A stretch of DNA of 63,685 bases, filler included, from an uncultured archaeon (lineage in GTDB: Archaea; Iainarchaeota; Iainarchaeia; Iainarchaeales; 1-14-0-10-31-34), in the NCBI GenBank assembly GCA_964442255.1. It is 4 parts of 4 records of this genome, joined end to end, with 100 filler letters (N's around TTAATTAATTAA, not from the genome) between each part and the next. Parts side by side here need not be neighbours in the genome. Positions count along the whole stretch, not along the records: positions 1 to 25,619 come from CAYTYC010000021.1; 3 more parts are not named here. One strand, written 5' to 3'. The position numbers and the translations under genes are program-made. The notes under the pieces are model-generated. The model saw only the letters and a list, made by a program, of their open reading frames with translations, had not been told where the DNA came from and searched no databases. Shown piece after piece: positions 8,350 to 18,135 of the stretch (within the stretch, counting starts at the first letter, position 1; every line of letters begins with the position of its first letter).

Positions 8350-9135
8350 TTAAAGCTTCACCCTTGTCCCAAGCGTTTTTCCGGTTAAAAGCTTTTCCAG
8401 GTTGCCTTTTTTCTCCAGGTTAAATATAACCGCGTCAGTCCCTTTTAACGTTTTCTTGAGTTCCGTAAGCTTTCCCCGCATTCCGCCGGTTACATCCACT
8501 GCCCTTGAGCCCTTTGCATTTTCAAGAACCGGGTTGAAGTTCTTGCGGTTTATTTCCTTCAAAACCCTTCCTTTCCTGTCCTTTACGCCCTCAACATCCG
8601 TCCCAAGCAAAAATTTTTCCGGCTTGAGCCTTTTTGCAATCTCCGCGGCAATCCGGTCCCCTGAAATTACGCTTGCCCCAAGCCTTTCATCCAAAACCAT
8701 GTCCCCGTACAGCAGCGGGATAATGCCTTTCTTCATTCCCAGGAGCCCTTTTATCAGCCGAATGTCGAAGCTTTTGGTTTTCTTGTTTTTTTGCGCCGCT
8801 ATTGTTGCGGGCATTATCGGGAATGGAAGCATTCCCTGTTTTTCCATTTCATCCACAAAAACCCCGTTCAGTTTCCTGCAGGAGTTAACGGTTTTCACAA
8901 ACCCTTCAGCCCGCTTCGCGTTCTTCACCCCGTTGTTTATTCCGTATTTTTTCACCATTGAATGCCCGTACGGCCCTGCGCCGTGAACCAGAACCAAATC
9001 AAATTTTTTCTTTTTTTTTGCCTCCTTAATCTCGCGCACCATCCTTTTGATTACAGCTTTCCTTGCTTTCGCCCTGTTTTTCTTTTTCTCTGTGCACACG
9101 CTGCCCCCGGCCTTCAGCACAACCAAACCTTTCAT
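8350..9135 (-). CDS. ipk: Isopentenyl phosphate kinase
   Basis: LKAGGS, VHGAGPYGH, YGDMV, ISGD, DVTGGMRGK. Start set at the ATGA overlap at 9135. Confidence 0.93.
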   Translation of the reverse strand: MKGLVVLKAGGSVCTEKKKNRAKARKAVIKRMVREIKEAKKKKKFDLVLVHGAGPYGHSMVKKYGINNGVKNAKRAEGFVKTVNSCRKLNGVFVDEMEKQGMLPFPIMPATIAAQKNKKTKSFDIRLIKGLLGMKKGIIPLLYGDMVLDERLGASVISGDRIAAEIAKRLKPEKFLLGTDVEGVKDRKGRVLKEINRKNFNPVLENAKGSRAVDVTGGMRGKLTELKKTLKGTDAVIFNLEKKGNLEKLLTGKTLGTRVKL

Positions 9136-9524
9136 TTGATTTTCACTTTTTCTTTTTCCGAATCCACTTCTACAGTCATTCCGTTTTCCAGTCCCCTTAA
9201 GTCCACCTTGTCCATGCATGGAATCTCCGAGATAATCGCCCCCACAGCCACAATCGGATCGGTTTCCCCGTTGATGATTGCGGCGGGCGCAACCCCTTTC
9301 TTTTTTGCCATGTACAGCGCGTATGAGCCCACCGTTGAGCCCTTTCCTTTCGGAAAAACCAGCACTTTTCCCTTAAAGCTTTTTCCCTCCAGGGGATGCC
9401 CCTTTTCAATAACTGTGCCGGTTTCCGGGTTTGTGCCCCCGTAAAAGGAAATCCCTTCACCTGATTTCAGCACTTCTCCCCGCGCTTTTCCCCCGAAAAT
9501 TTTTCTTCCCTTTAATTCCTTCAT
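9132..9524 (-). CDS. Phosphomevalonate dehydratase small subunit (aconitase X swivel, DUF126)
   Basis: ISFYGG, GHPLEG, FPKGKGSTVGSY, DPIVAVGAIISEIP. Adjacent to the large subunit. Confidence 0.92.
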   Translation of the reverse strand: MKELKGRKIFGGKARGEVLKSGEGISFYGGTNPETGTVIEKGHPLEGKSFKGKVLVFPKGKGSTVGSYALYMAKKKGVAPAAIINGETDPIVAVGAIISEIPCMDKVDLRGLENGMTVEVDSEKEKVKIK

Positions 9525-9596
9525 ATAAACCCTTTTCCTTCCTTCTTTCCCTTAATTTTCCGGCTTCCCCCTCTTTTTTTCTTCCAGCCAATCATT

Positions 9597-10769
9597 TTAC
9601 TTTAACGCCTCTTCCACGCATTCCCTTAAACTCATGATTTTGACCTTGAATGCATTCACCCCTCTGCCGTAGTAGCAGGCTTTCGCGGAATTTGTTGCCA
9701 GAACGCTGAACCGGCCCTTCAATGGCGCGACAACCATGCACGTGTCACAGGCAAACTTCGCCCCTGTTCCCTCTATTTTCTGCGCAATTCCTTTCTTTTC
9801 CGCCAGCTCTTTTGTTTTCCTTGCAGTGGTAATCCACATCTCTTTTTTCACTTTTTTTCCTTCAAGCATTCCTGCGATTTCCTTCAATTCCCCCAAACTT
9901 GCGTGCGGGCACCCTACACTCACAAAATCCACTTCCCCTTCGTCATTCAGTTCCCTTAAAGTCTTTTCAATTTCCCATTCCGTCACTTCCACTTTTTCTT
10001 CCGGCTCTTTTGTTTCATTCGGCGTAAGGCCTTCCATGTGAAAGAGTGCGGTGCCACCAAATGTTGCGAGCGACGCGCCAAAGCTTTTCAGCCCCTCAAG
10101 CGAAGCCCCTTCCGTCCCTGTAATGAATGGAATCTTGTTCCCGATTTTTTTTCCAATCGCTTTTCCCAGCGCACCAAATTTCACAACGTCATTCATTTCC
10201 GCCTTCACTTCCACTTTTACCTGCGCCTGCCTGTTTTCCTCCAAATGCATTCCATACTCTGCTGTCCTTCCCGTTAAAGCTGCGCTTAATGCGCTTGGAC
10301 CTCCCTCCCTGTTTGTTTTCGCGCCAAGCACAGAGTTTGCGTAAACCACGGCCGAACTTTCGCTCCACGCGATGTGTTCTCCTTTTTTCGGCGAATTTCC
10401 AACCAGGTAGGGGGTGCAGGTGCAGCTTGCCTGAATTCCCATTTTTTCAAAAGCGTCCAGCACTTTTTTTTGCTTTTTCGCAAACTCTTCGCTTATCCCC
10501 AGATTTTTCCAGTTCTCCAAATCCATTCCCGCGGGGTTTAGCGTAGTTAAGACTTTTACTTTCCCGTCTTCTGCCATTTCCTCCAGAAACTTTAATCCCG
10601 CGTCCCCCAAATTTTTATAGCTTACCCCTGCAACCTGCACTGACCCGACAGGAATGAGCCTTTTTGCGCCGTAAATTTTTCCAAGCGCGGTGATGATTTC
10701 CATTGCCTTTTTGACTGCTTTTCCCTGCCTTCCTTCAAGCATTTCCTTTTCTTTAGGGGTTAATTCCAT
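9597..10769 (-). CDS. Phosphomevalonate dehydratase large subunit (aconitase X, DUF521)
   Basis: QVAGVSYKNLG, TTLNPAG, CTCTPY, AWSESSA, TNREGGP, GCPH and DTCMVV with the Fe-S cysteines. Confidence 0.93.
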   Translation of the reverse strand: MELTPKEKEMLEGRQGKAVKKAMEIITALGKIYGAKRLIPVGSVQVAGVSYKNLGDAGLKFLEEMAEDGKVKVLTTLNPAGMDLENWKNLGISEEFAKKQKKVLDAFEKMGIQASCTCTPYLVGNSPKKGEHIAWSESSAVVYANSVLGAKTNREGGPSALSAALTGRTAEYGMHLEENRQAQVKVEVKAEMNDVVKFGALGKAIGKKIGNKIPFITGTEGASLEGLKSFGASLATFGGTALFHMEGLTPNETKEPEEKVEVTEWEIEKTLRELNDEGEVDFVSVGCPHASLGELKEIAGMLEGKKVKKEMWITTARKTKELAEKKGIAQKIEGTGAKFACDTCMVVAPLKGRFSVLATNSAKACYYGRGVNAFKVKIMSLRECVEEALK

Positions 10770-10789
10770 AAAAACCACCCAAATTTTTT

Positions 10790-12100
10790 TCATTCATTGG
10801 ATCCTTCAGCCAAAAACTTTTTTGAATCCATTTCCGGAAATCCGGCCTTAACCATTTTGTCTTTCCTGTTTAAGGGCATTGTGCAGTCAAAACCCAGTTT
10901 GGTTGTTTTCCTGCTCTCAAAGTCTGCGCTCGGGTCCAGCGAAGAGCCTTTTTCCCCTTTCCTTAGCGCCAAATCCTTGTCCCCCTGAAAGCGCGTTGCA
11001 AAAGCCCATTCCACTTCCCTTTCATCAAACAAGTCAATGTCTTCGTCCACTATCCACACGTGCTTCATTGATTTATGCCCTTTGAAGGCGGCTTCAATCG
11101 CTTTTTTTCCGTCCTCTTCCTTTTCCTTTTTTATCTGCACTACCCCGTGCAGCCACGAGCATCCCCCCAAGCTTATGCCGGCATTCCTGCATGTGCACAC
11201 CTTGTTCACTTCCCTGTAAATGGTGGGCTCTTTGGGCAGGCCCATGAGGAGCTTGTGTTCCATCATTCCGGGAAGGAGGGCATGCCATATTGCGTTTTTC
11301 CTGTGGGTTACTTTTTTTACCTCAAAAACCGGCTGCTTTCTTACAATGTCGTATGTTTCAGTAAGATCCACAAAAGGCCCTTCCTTTTCCTCTTCTTTCA
11401 GAATCCTTCCCTCCAAAACGAATTCGCTGTCCGCGGGCACCAAAACACTCGAGCTTTTTGCCTTCACCACTTCCAGTTCCTCCAAAGAGTTTGCGATGTG
11501 CGTTTCGTCTTCCCCTAATTCCACGGATGTTGCCGCCGCAAGCAAAACGTTTGCTCCGTTTCCCACGCTTAACGCCACATCCAGTTCCCCGCCATTTCGT
11601 TCAATGAATTCGTGGAGGTGCCTTGGGAGGATCCTGACCGAAAACCTTTTTTTGTCCAATTGCATGCACCGGTGGAAGCTCATGTTCTGCCCCATTTCTT
11701 CATCCCCTGCAATCATGACCCCTGAACTCACGTAGTTTCCGCCGTCTTTTTCGCAGTGGAAAAGTATTGGCAGCCTGTTGAGATCCACGCCTTCTTCCAC
11801 CACCTCCTGGCACGCGCCTTTTCCAACTTCTTCCGGTTTTGTGGGGGAGTCAATCGCTTTCACCATTTTTTTCAGCAGCGCTTCTTTCCTTAACCCGAAG
11901 TATTCCGCAATGAGTTCGCGCGTGGAAAAAATGTTTCCGGCAACAGGGAATTCCGATTCCTTTACGTTTTCAAATTTCAGCGGCTGTTCCTTCAGCCCGT
12001 GCATCAGCCCCGCGATTTCCAGTTTTTTTGAAATCCCTTCCCCCACTTTCTTTGTTTTTCCGTCTTTTTCCAGCCTTTCCAGAAACCCGCGGAAACTCAT
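10790..12100 (-). CDS. UbiD-family decarboxylase, probably trans-anhydromevalonate-phosphate decarboxylase
   Basis: DGGNYVSSG, NMSFHR, EGPFVDLTETYD, EHKLLMG, VDEDID, SSLDPS. Substrate assigned from operon context. Confidence 0.9.
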   Translation of the reverse strand: MSFRGFLERLEKDGKTKKVGEGISKKLEIAGLMHGLKEQPLKFENVKESEFPVAGNIFSTRELIAEYFGLRKEALLKKMVKAIDSPTKPEEVGKGACQEVVEEGVDLNRLPILFHCEKDGGNYVSSGVMIAGDEEMGQNMSFHRCMQLDKKRFSVRILPRHLHEFIERNGGELDVALSVGNGANVLLAAATSVELGEDETHIANSLEELEVVKAKSSSVLVPADSEFVLEGRILKEEEKEGPFVDLTETYDIVRKQPVFEVKKVTHRKNAIWHALLPGMMEHKLLMGLPKEPTIYREVNKVCTCRNAGISLGGCSWLHGVVQIKKEKEEDGKKAIEAAFKGHKSMKHVWIVDEDIDLFDEREVEWAFATRFQGDKDLALRKGEKGSSLDPSADFESRKTTKLGFDCTMPLNRKDKMVKAGFPEMDSKKFLAEGSNE

Positions 12101-12651
12101 CCCTTCCACCTCTCAAAATTTTCGTTTTCTATTTCCAATAAATCCAGGAGCTTCCCCGTAATAAATGCATCCAATTCCTTGATGTTTTTGGGCTTGTGGT
12201 AAAATCCAGGGCTTAACGGAAAAATTATTCCCCCCGCAGACGCGATTTTATGCATGTTTTTCAGCGCCCCGGCGCTTAAAGGCGTTTCCCTCACGCATAC
12301 GACCAGTTTTTTACGCATCCTGAGCGCGTTATCCGCGCACTTGCTTATCAGTGAACCGGTCCACGCGTTTGCTATTTCTGAAACAGTTTTAATGCTTGCC
12401 GGCACCACCACAACCGCATCAAACAGCGCCGAACTGCTTGAAATTGTTTCCCCCAAATTTTTGTTGTCGTAAACATTTTCCGCCATTTTTTCCAGATCCC
12501 CCGCTTTTTTCCCTGTTTCCTCTTCTATGATTTTTTTTCCCCATTCGCTTACAATCAAATGCACTTCGGCTTTTTTTTCTTTAAGCGCCTTAACCAAACC
12601 GAAAGCGTAATGGATTCCGCTTGCCCCGCTTACCCCCACAATTACCTTCAT
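12097..12651 (-). CDS. ubiX: Flavin prenyltransferase
   Basis: VGVSGASG, VRETPL, PLSPGFYHKP. Confidence 0.93.
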   Translation of the reverse strand: MKVIVGVSGASGIHYAFGLVKALKEKKAEVHLIVSEWGKKIIEEETGKKAGDLEKMAENVYDNKNLGETISSSSALFDAVVVVPASIKTVSEIANAWTGSLISKCADNALRMRKKLVVCVRETPLSAGALKNMHKIASAGGIIFPLSPGFYHKPKNIKELDAFITGKLLDLLEIENENFERWKG

Positions 12652-13551
12652 TCACACCCCTATCCTTGTTTTGATTGCCTTAAATCCCAAATCCGTTATT
12701 CCTTGCGCAACATTTTCCTGCAGAATTTTTCCGGGGGTTAACGCAATTATGCATCCTCCCCCTCCCGCCCCGGTCAGCTTTGCGCCCAATGCCCCCCGGC
12801 TTAACGCGGTGTCGCACATTTTTTCAAGCGCATTTGTTGAAACCCCCAGCTCCCTCAATTTTTCCTGGTTTTTGGTCATCAGTTTCCCTGTTTTTTTCAG
12901 TTCAAACCCTTCCAGCGCCTTCTTTGCCTCAAAAACTATTCCTTCAATTTCCCTTAAAAGTTTTCCGAGCCGTTCCGGCTCTTTTTCTTTTTTTTCCTTC
13001 ACCTTCTGCACGATTTTTTTCGTGTTTCCCGTTTTTCCGCAGTGCCCCAGCACAACCTCCACTGGCTGCCGGATTTTCAGCCTTTCAACCGTGTTTTTTC
13101 CCCCGCCCAAATTCCGCCTGAACCAGACAATTCCGCCGTATGCGGCAACAGTGTTGTCTATCCCGGAAGGGTTTCCGTGGGAAATTTTTTCCCCCTCATA
13201 AGCGTAATTGTTTACTTCTTTTTCACCCATTTTTTTTCCGAAGTATTCCGCCAGTGCCCTTACCGTTGCGACGCAGTAGGAGGCGCTTGAGCCCATTCCC
13301 GCGCCGACAATCAATTCAGTTTTTTCCTCCAGTTCCACGTTTTCCTTTAGTTCCATTTTGTCCATTATCGCAAGCGTAATCTCTTTCAGTGCCTCAATGT
13401 TTGATTCTTTTCCTGCCCTGATTTTCAGCTCTTTCCCCGTGCCCGTGACTTTTACTTCTGTTTTTAATCCAATCGCGGAGGCAATTGCCGGAACCCCGTA
13501 AACCACGGCGTGCTCCCCAAACAGAATGGTTTTCCCGAACGCGGCGGCCAT
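12652..13551 (-). CDS. mvk: Mevalonate kinase
   Basis: GKTILFGEHAVVYG, GHMP motif GAGMGSSAS, HGNPSGID, GAKLTGAGGGG. Confidence 0.96.
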   Translation of the reverse strand: MAAAFGKTILFGEHAVVYGVPAIASAIGLKTEVKVTGTGKELKIRAGKESNIEALKEITLAIMDKMELKENVELEEKTELIVGAGMGSSASYCVATVRALAEYFGKKMGEKEVNNYAYEGEKISHGNPSGIDNTVAAYGGIVWFRRNLGGGKNTVERLKIRQPVEVVLGHCGKTGNTKKIVQKVKEKKEKEPERLGKLLREIEGIVFEAKKALEGFELKKTGKLMTKNQEKLRELGVSTNALEKMCDTALSRGALGAKLTGAGGGGCIIALTPGKILQENVAQGITDLGFKAIKTRIGV

Positions 13552-13952
13552 TATTTCACGACCCTGAATTTGTATCCGTAGGCTATTGCGCCTTTCTCTG
13601 ATGTGTCCGAGACTTTCCTGAAAACCTTTTCCACCTTTGCCCCTATTTTTACGTTCCCTTTCCCTGAATCAGCCAGCTGCGACAAAAGCCTTACCTTGTT
13701 TTCCAGTTCAATCAGCGCAATGAAGTAAGGGGTTTCGTGCTCGAATCCAGCCGGGCCCACAAAAACTTCACTGAAGGAAACTATTTTTCCTTTCCGCGGC
13801 ATTTTTTTGTTTGTAAGCCTGCCTTTTCTCCTGCATTTCGGGCAGATAACCCTCCTTGGAAAAAACTCCTGCCCGCATTTTTCGCACCTGCTTCCAATTA
13901 GCGCGTATCTTTCCGGGAACCTTCTCCAAATCAATGGAAGTGTTTCACCCAT
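13551..13952 (-). CDS. DUF35 Zn-ribbon/OB-fold scaffold of the thiolase-HMG-CoA synthase complex
   Basis: CEKC...FFPRR..CPKC and C-terminal YGYKF. Directly downstream of the thiolase. Confidence 0.9.
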   Translation of the reverse strand: MGETLPLIWRRFPERYALIGSRCEKCGQEFFPRRVICPKCRRKGRLTNKKMPRKGKIVSFSEVFVGPAGFEHETPYFIALIELENKVRLLSQLADSGKGNVKIGAKVEKVFRKVSDTSEKGAIAYGYKFRVVK

Positions 13953-15117
13953 TTCTTTCACCCAGCCTTTTGTACAGGTGCACTGCCGCTGTGGCGCCGC
14001 TTCCCCCGACATTGTGGGTCAGGCCTGTATTTGCGTCTTTCACCTGCCTTTTTTCAGCGTTTCCCCGAAGTTGCTGAAAGATTTCAACTGCCTGTTTTAC
14101 GCCTGTTGCCCCAACCGGGTGCCCTGCCTTTAACCCGCCTGAAGGGTTAACCGCGATTTCACCTTCTAAAGAAGTCTTTCCTTCTTCCACAGCTTTTCCG
14201 CCCAAGCCTTTTTTGAAGAAACCCAAGTCTTCAATAGCCATGAGGTATGCGATGCTGAAGCAGTCATGCAATTCTACTATGTCAATGTCTTTTGCTGAAA
14301 TTTTCGCGTGTTTGCAGGCGTCCCCTGAAGCAACTTTTGTTGCCTTTAATTCCGTCAGGCTTTTCCTTCCCGCCAGATCAAGCGTGTCTGATGCCTGGGA
14401 GGATGCAAGTATTTCAACCGGCTGTTCGCACACTTTTTTTGCCTGTTCGCTTTCCATTAAAATTACCGCGGCGGCTCCGTCTGTTATCGGTGAGCAATCT
14501 AAAAGCTTTAGTGGAGAGGCCACGTATCCTGAGTTCATCACATCTTCGACACTTATTTCTCTGTGAAACTGGGCATTTGGGTTGTGCATCGCATTTTTGT
14601 GTGACTGCACCGAGCACATCGCAAGCTGCTCCTCTGTTGTCCCGAATTCTTTCATGTGCTTTTGCGCAAGCAGCGCGTAAAGCGCGGGGAAAGTCGCGCC
14701 ATGGAACAATTCCGTTTCCTGGTCTCCCGCGCCCCCCAAAGCAAAGCCGGCTTCCTCAGTGCTTACTTCAGTCATTTTTTCTGCGCCCCCCACCGCAACA
14801 ACATCGTACCTTCCGGAGGCTATCGCCAAAAATGCGTTGCTTAGCGCAACTCCCCCTGAAGCGCATGCCGCTTCAAGCCTTGTGGAAGGAATCGGATTCA
14901 AGCCGAGCTGGTCCGCAATCAGTGCGCCGATGTGCTCCTGCCCGATGAACCTGCCGGAAGCCATTGTTCCCCCGTAAATTGCCTCAATGTCTTTTCCTTC
15001 AATGCCTGAGTCAACCAATGCCTTCATTCCGGCTTCAGCTATCAGTTCCCTGAAGCTTTTTTCCCAGTGCTCCCCGAACCGCGTGCAGCCGGCGCCTATT
15101 ATTGAAACGCTTCTCAT
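13945..15117 (-). CDS. Acetoacetyl-CoA thiolase (archaeal type)
   Basis: EAACASGG, GAEKM, CSPITDGAAA, ELHDCF, GHPVGATG, HNVGGSG. Confidence 0.95.
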   Translation of the reverse strand: MRSVSIIGAGCTRFGEHWEKSFRELIAEAGMKALVDSGIEGKDIEAIYGGTMASGRFIGQEHIGALIADQLGLNPIPSTRLEAACASGGVALSNAFLAIASGRYDVVAVGGAEKMTEVSTEEAGFALGGAGDQETELFHGATFPALYALLAQKHMKEFGTTEEQLAMCSVQSHKNAMHNPNAQFHREISVEDVMNSGYVASPLKLLDCSPITDGAAAVILMESEQAKKVCEQPVEILASSQASDTLDLAGRKSLTELKATKVASGDACKHAKISAKDIDIVELHDCFSIAYLMAIEDLGFFKKGLGGKAVEEGKTSLEGEIAVNPSGGLKAGHPVGATGVKQAVEIFQQLRGNAEKRQVKDANTGLTHNVGGSGATAAVHLYKRLGERNG

Positions 15118-15359
15118 TTTTTTTTACCTTTTTTTTCCGTTTTTGATGAAATTTTTCCTAAAATTTTCTTTTGATAAACTTTTCCTCACAGTTCTTTTTA
15201 CCTTTTTTTTCCGTTTTTGATGAAATTTTTCCTAAAATTTTCTTTTGATNNNNNNNNNNNNNNNNNNNNNNNNNNNNNNNNNNNNNNNNNNNNNNNNNNN
15301 NNNNNNNNNNNNNNNNNNNNNNNNNNNNNNNNNNNNNNNNNNNNNNNNNAAACTTTTCC

Positions 15360-16412
15360 TCACAGGCTTTTGATTTTTCTCCTGTGCTTCAGGTACTGCG
15401 CGTAGTCCACGTACTCTTTTTCTTCAATCATTTCCATCACAGGAACCTTTGCCCTTCTGTTTTCAATGTTTTTTGTTCCCGTGAAAACAAACGCGTCGCT
15501 TCCTGCCCCGCTTCCATACGAAACCACAAGCACTTTTTCCCTGTCCTCCAGCACATCCAGCACGGAGCACAGCCCGATCATTGAGCTTCCTGAGTAAGTG
15601 TTTCCGATGAACGGGGTAATAAGCCCCTGCTTCAGCTTTTCGGCCTCAAACCCAAGGATTTTTCCGGCCTTTACCGGAAACTTTCCGTTTGGCTGGTGGA
15701 ATACCGCATAATCAAAATCTTCCGCCTTTAACCCGGTTTTTTTCATTATTCCTTTTCCCGCGCTTACCACGTGCCTGAAGTAAGCGGGCTCCCCTGTGAA
15801 CCGCCCGCCGTGCCTTGGAAACTCTTCGTGCTGCCTCCTCCAGAAATCCGGCGTGTCTGTGGTATAGGAATATGTTTCATTCATTTCCGCAATCATTTCC
15901 CCCTTTTTTTTTCCCATTATTACTGCCCCTGCCCCGCTTCCTGCAGTGAATTCCAGCGCATCGTTGGGCTTGCTTTGCGCTGTGTCCGTGCCGACAGCCA
16001 GGCCGTATTCAATCATTCCCGCTTTAACCATTCCCGCCGCGGCCTGCATTCCGGCTGTCCCTGCCTTGCACGCGAACTCCAGGTCTGCTGCAGTGAGCTC
16101 TGGGCTTGCGCCAATCGCGTCCGCGACAATTGAGGCAGTGGGCTTAACCGCGTAAGGGTGGCTTTCCGAGCCTATGTAAACCGCGCCGATTTTTTCTGCC
16201 TTGACTGAAAAATCCTCCACGGCTTTTCTCGCGGCCTCAACCGCGAGGGTGCAGGCGTCTTCATCAAACCCCGCAACCGCCTTCTCTTTAACCCCCAAAC
16301 CCGAGGAAATCTTTTTTCCGTCCTTGTTCCAGACCCTCGCAATCTCTTCCACCCTTATTCTCCGCAAAGGAACCCGGACCCCGCAGGCAACTATTCCGGC
16401 GTTTTCCATCAT
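15360..16412 (-). CDS. Hydroxymethylglutaryl-CoA synthase (archaeal)
   Basis: GSESHPYAVKP, EFACKAGT, DTPDFWRR, FHQPNGKFP, IGNTYSG, SYGSGAGSD. Confidence 0.96.
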   Translation of the reverse strand: MMENAGIVACGVRVPLRRIRVEEIARVWNKDGKKISSGLGVKEKAVAGFDEDACTLAVEAARKAVEDFSVKAEKIGAVYIGSESHPYAVKPTASIVADAIGASPELTAADLEFACKAGTAGMQAAAGMVKAGMIEYGLAVGTDTAQSKPNDALEFTAGSGAGAVIMGKKKGEMIAEMNETYSYTTDTPDFWRRQHEEFPRHGGRFTGEPAYFRHVVSAGKGIMKKTGLKAEDFDYAVFHQPNGKFPVKAGKILGFEAEKLKQGLITPFIGNTYSGSSMIGLCSVLDVLEDREKVLVVSYGSGAGSDAFVFTGTKNIENRRAKVPVMEMIEEKEYVDYAQYLKHRRKIKSL

Positions 16413-17674
16413 TAATTCTTCTCCTTAAATTCTTTTAAAATCTCTTTCGCCCTGTCCACGGAAACCTTTCCCTCTTCAGCCATTTTTTCCGCAACTTTCC
16501 CGATTTCCCTGCCTTTCGCCCCGGCAATAACCGCGATATTCCTTGAATGTAGTTTCATGTGCCCTTTTTGTATTCCTTCCGTTGCCAGCGCCCTCAATGC
16601 CGCGAAATTGTTTGCCAACCCCGCGGCCGCAACCACTTCACTTAATTCTTTTGCGCTTTTAATCCCCAGAATTTTTAACGCAATCTGCGCGGCGGGATGG
16701 GTTTTTGTCGCCCCCCCGACTATTCCGACCGCCATCGGCACCTCCGCCTCCCCGACCAAATCGCCTTCCCGGTTTTCGTAAAACCTTGCAATCGGCCCGT
16801 ATTTTCCGTTCCTGCTTGCATACGCGTGAATCCCCGCTTCCACCGCACGGAAGTCGTTTCCTGTCGCAATAAGCACCGCGTCAACCCCGTTCATGAATCC
16901 CTTGTTGTTTGTCACGGCCCTGTACACGTCAGCCTCCGCAAAATCGTTCGCTTCGACAATTCCGTTCACCGCTTCTTTTCCCAGCGCCTCTTTTTTCCAC
17001 ACTGCCTTCACTTTAACCTTTCTTTTCACCGCGTAATTGCTTAAAATCCTCAGCCCAGTTTTTCCTCCCGTAATTTCCTCCATTTTCGGCGCAACCGCTT
17101 CGCACATGCTGTTCACGCAGTTTGCGCCCATTGCGTCCCCGGCATCCACGAGCAGATGCAACACAAGCATTTTTCCTTTCCTTCCCTTAATTTCCCTTAC
17201 TTCCAAACCCTTTGCTCCCCCGGTTATTTTGCACAGCGTTTTATCCTGTTCGTTCGCAAGCTTAAGCAAAACACCCTTATTATGCAGGAGTTTTTCCCTT
17301 GCTTGCGCAAAATTCCTGACTCCTTTCGCCTGCACCTGCCCGATCATTTCCTGCCCTTCCGCTTCCGAAAAAAAGCCTCCGCCCTGCCTTGAGAGTTTCG
17401 CCGCATTTGATGCAGCCGCAACCACGCTTGGCTCTTCCGTGACCATCGGCACCAAATAATCCTTGCCGTTGATTTTGAAATTAACCGCAATCCCGAAAGG
17501 CAGTTTCATTCCGCCCACAACATTTTCAGACATTCTTTCCAGGGTTTCCTGCGCGACCGCCCCTTTTTCCAGGGCTTCCGCCTCTTTTGCGCTTAACCCC
17601 GCAAATTCCTTTACTGCCTTGACTCTTTCCCCTGCCTTCAGCCTGTGGAATCCGCTGATTTCGCTTGACTTCAT
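16412..17674 (-). CDS. mvaA: HMG-CoA reductase, class II (bacterial-type)
   Basis: ENVVG, PMVTEEPSVVAAAS, DAMGAN, TNNKGFMNG, ATGNDFRAVEAG, EGIQKGHM. Confidence 0.93.
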   Translation of the reverse strand: MKSSEISGFHRLKAGERVKAVKEFAGLSAKEAEALEKGAVAQETLERMSENVVGGMKLPFGIAVNFKINGKDYLVPMVTEEPSVVAAASNAAKLSRQGGGFFSEAEGQEMIGQVQAKGVRNFAQAREKLLHNKGVLLKLANEQDKTLCKITGGAKGLEVREIKGRKGKMLVLHLLVDAGDAMGANCVNSMCEAVAPKMEEITGGKTGLRILSNYAVKRKVKVKAVWKKEALGKEAVNGIVEANDFAEADVYRAVTNNKGFMNGVDAVLIATGNDFRAVEAGIHAYASRNGKYGPIARFYENREGDLVGEAEVPMAVGIVGGATKTHPAAQIALKILGIKSAKELSEVVAAAGLANNFAALRALATEGIQKGHMKLHSRNIAVIAGAKGREIGKVAEKMAEEGKVSVDRAKEILKEFKEKN

Positions 17675-17777
17675 TTTCCTTCCCCTTTTAAGAAAAAGCC
17701 CGCAATTCTTTAATACAGGATTATTTATTCCCGCCACAAAGGCTATTTAAAGGTTTCGTTAAAACCCAAACCGACAT

Positions 17778-17805
17778 TCGTTAATTAACGACGTAATTAA
17801 CGACG
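17778..17805. promoter_or_regulatory. 14-bp palindrome plus 12-bp tandem repeat in the divergent promoter of the MVA cluster
   Basis: tcgttaattaacga (17778-17791) is self-complementary; taattaacgacg occurs twice (17782-17805). Confidence 0.35.
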
Positions 17806-17835
17806 TAAGGTTTTTTATTTTCCTTTTCCCTTTTA

Positions 17836-18135
17836 ATGCGTATGCTGATTGAAAACCTTGCAATTCTGCTTGAGGTGGCCATAATGTACCTTTCAATCGC
17901 AACAGCCGTTTTTGCCTTTAATTTTTACCGCAAAAACAGGGGAATGATTACAAGGGGAGGAAAGCTCATTGTTTTCGGGATGCTGGTTTTTTCCGCCGCC
18001 TCCTTCTTCCGTTACCTTAAGCTCTTTGAAAACTTCCGCGTTCCCCTTGTCGTTGAACTCCTTGTCCTTGCTTTCGTTTGCTTTATGCTTGCCGGCTTCA
18101 TGCTTGAGGCCAGGGGCTCTGAAATACTGAAATGA
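17836..18135 (+). CDS. Small membrane protein (about 3 TM)
   Basis: Three hydrophobic segments in 99 aa. Confidence 0.65.
   Translation: MRMLIENLAILLEVAIMYLSIATAVFAFNFYRKNRGMITRGGKLIVFGMLVFSAASFFRYLKLFENFRVPLVVELLVLAFVCFMLAGFMLEARGSEILK

Noticed and set aside
15121..15365. ~71-bp duplication with a 74-nt period between the HMGS and thiolase genes
   Set aside because: It is nearly tandem with only a 3-nt spacer and abuts a scaffold gap, so it may be an assembly effect. Not counted in the 73-nt class.
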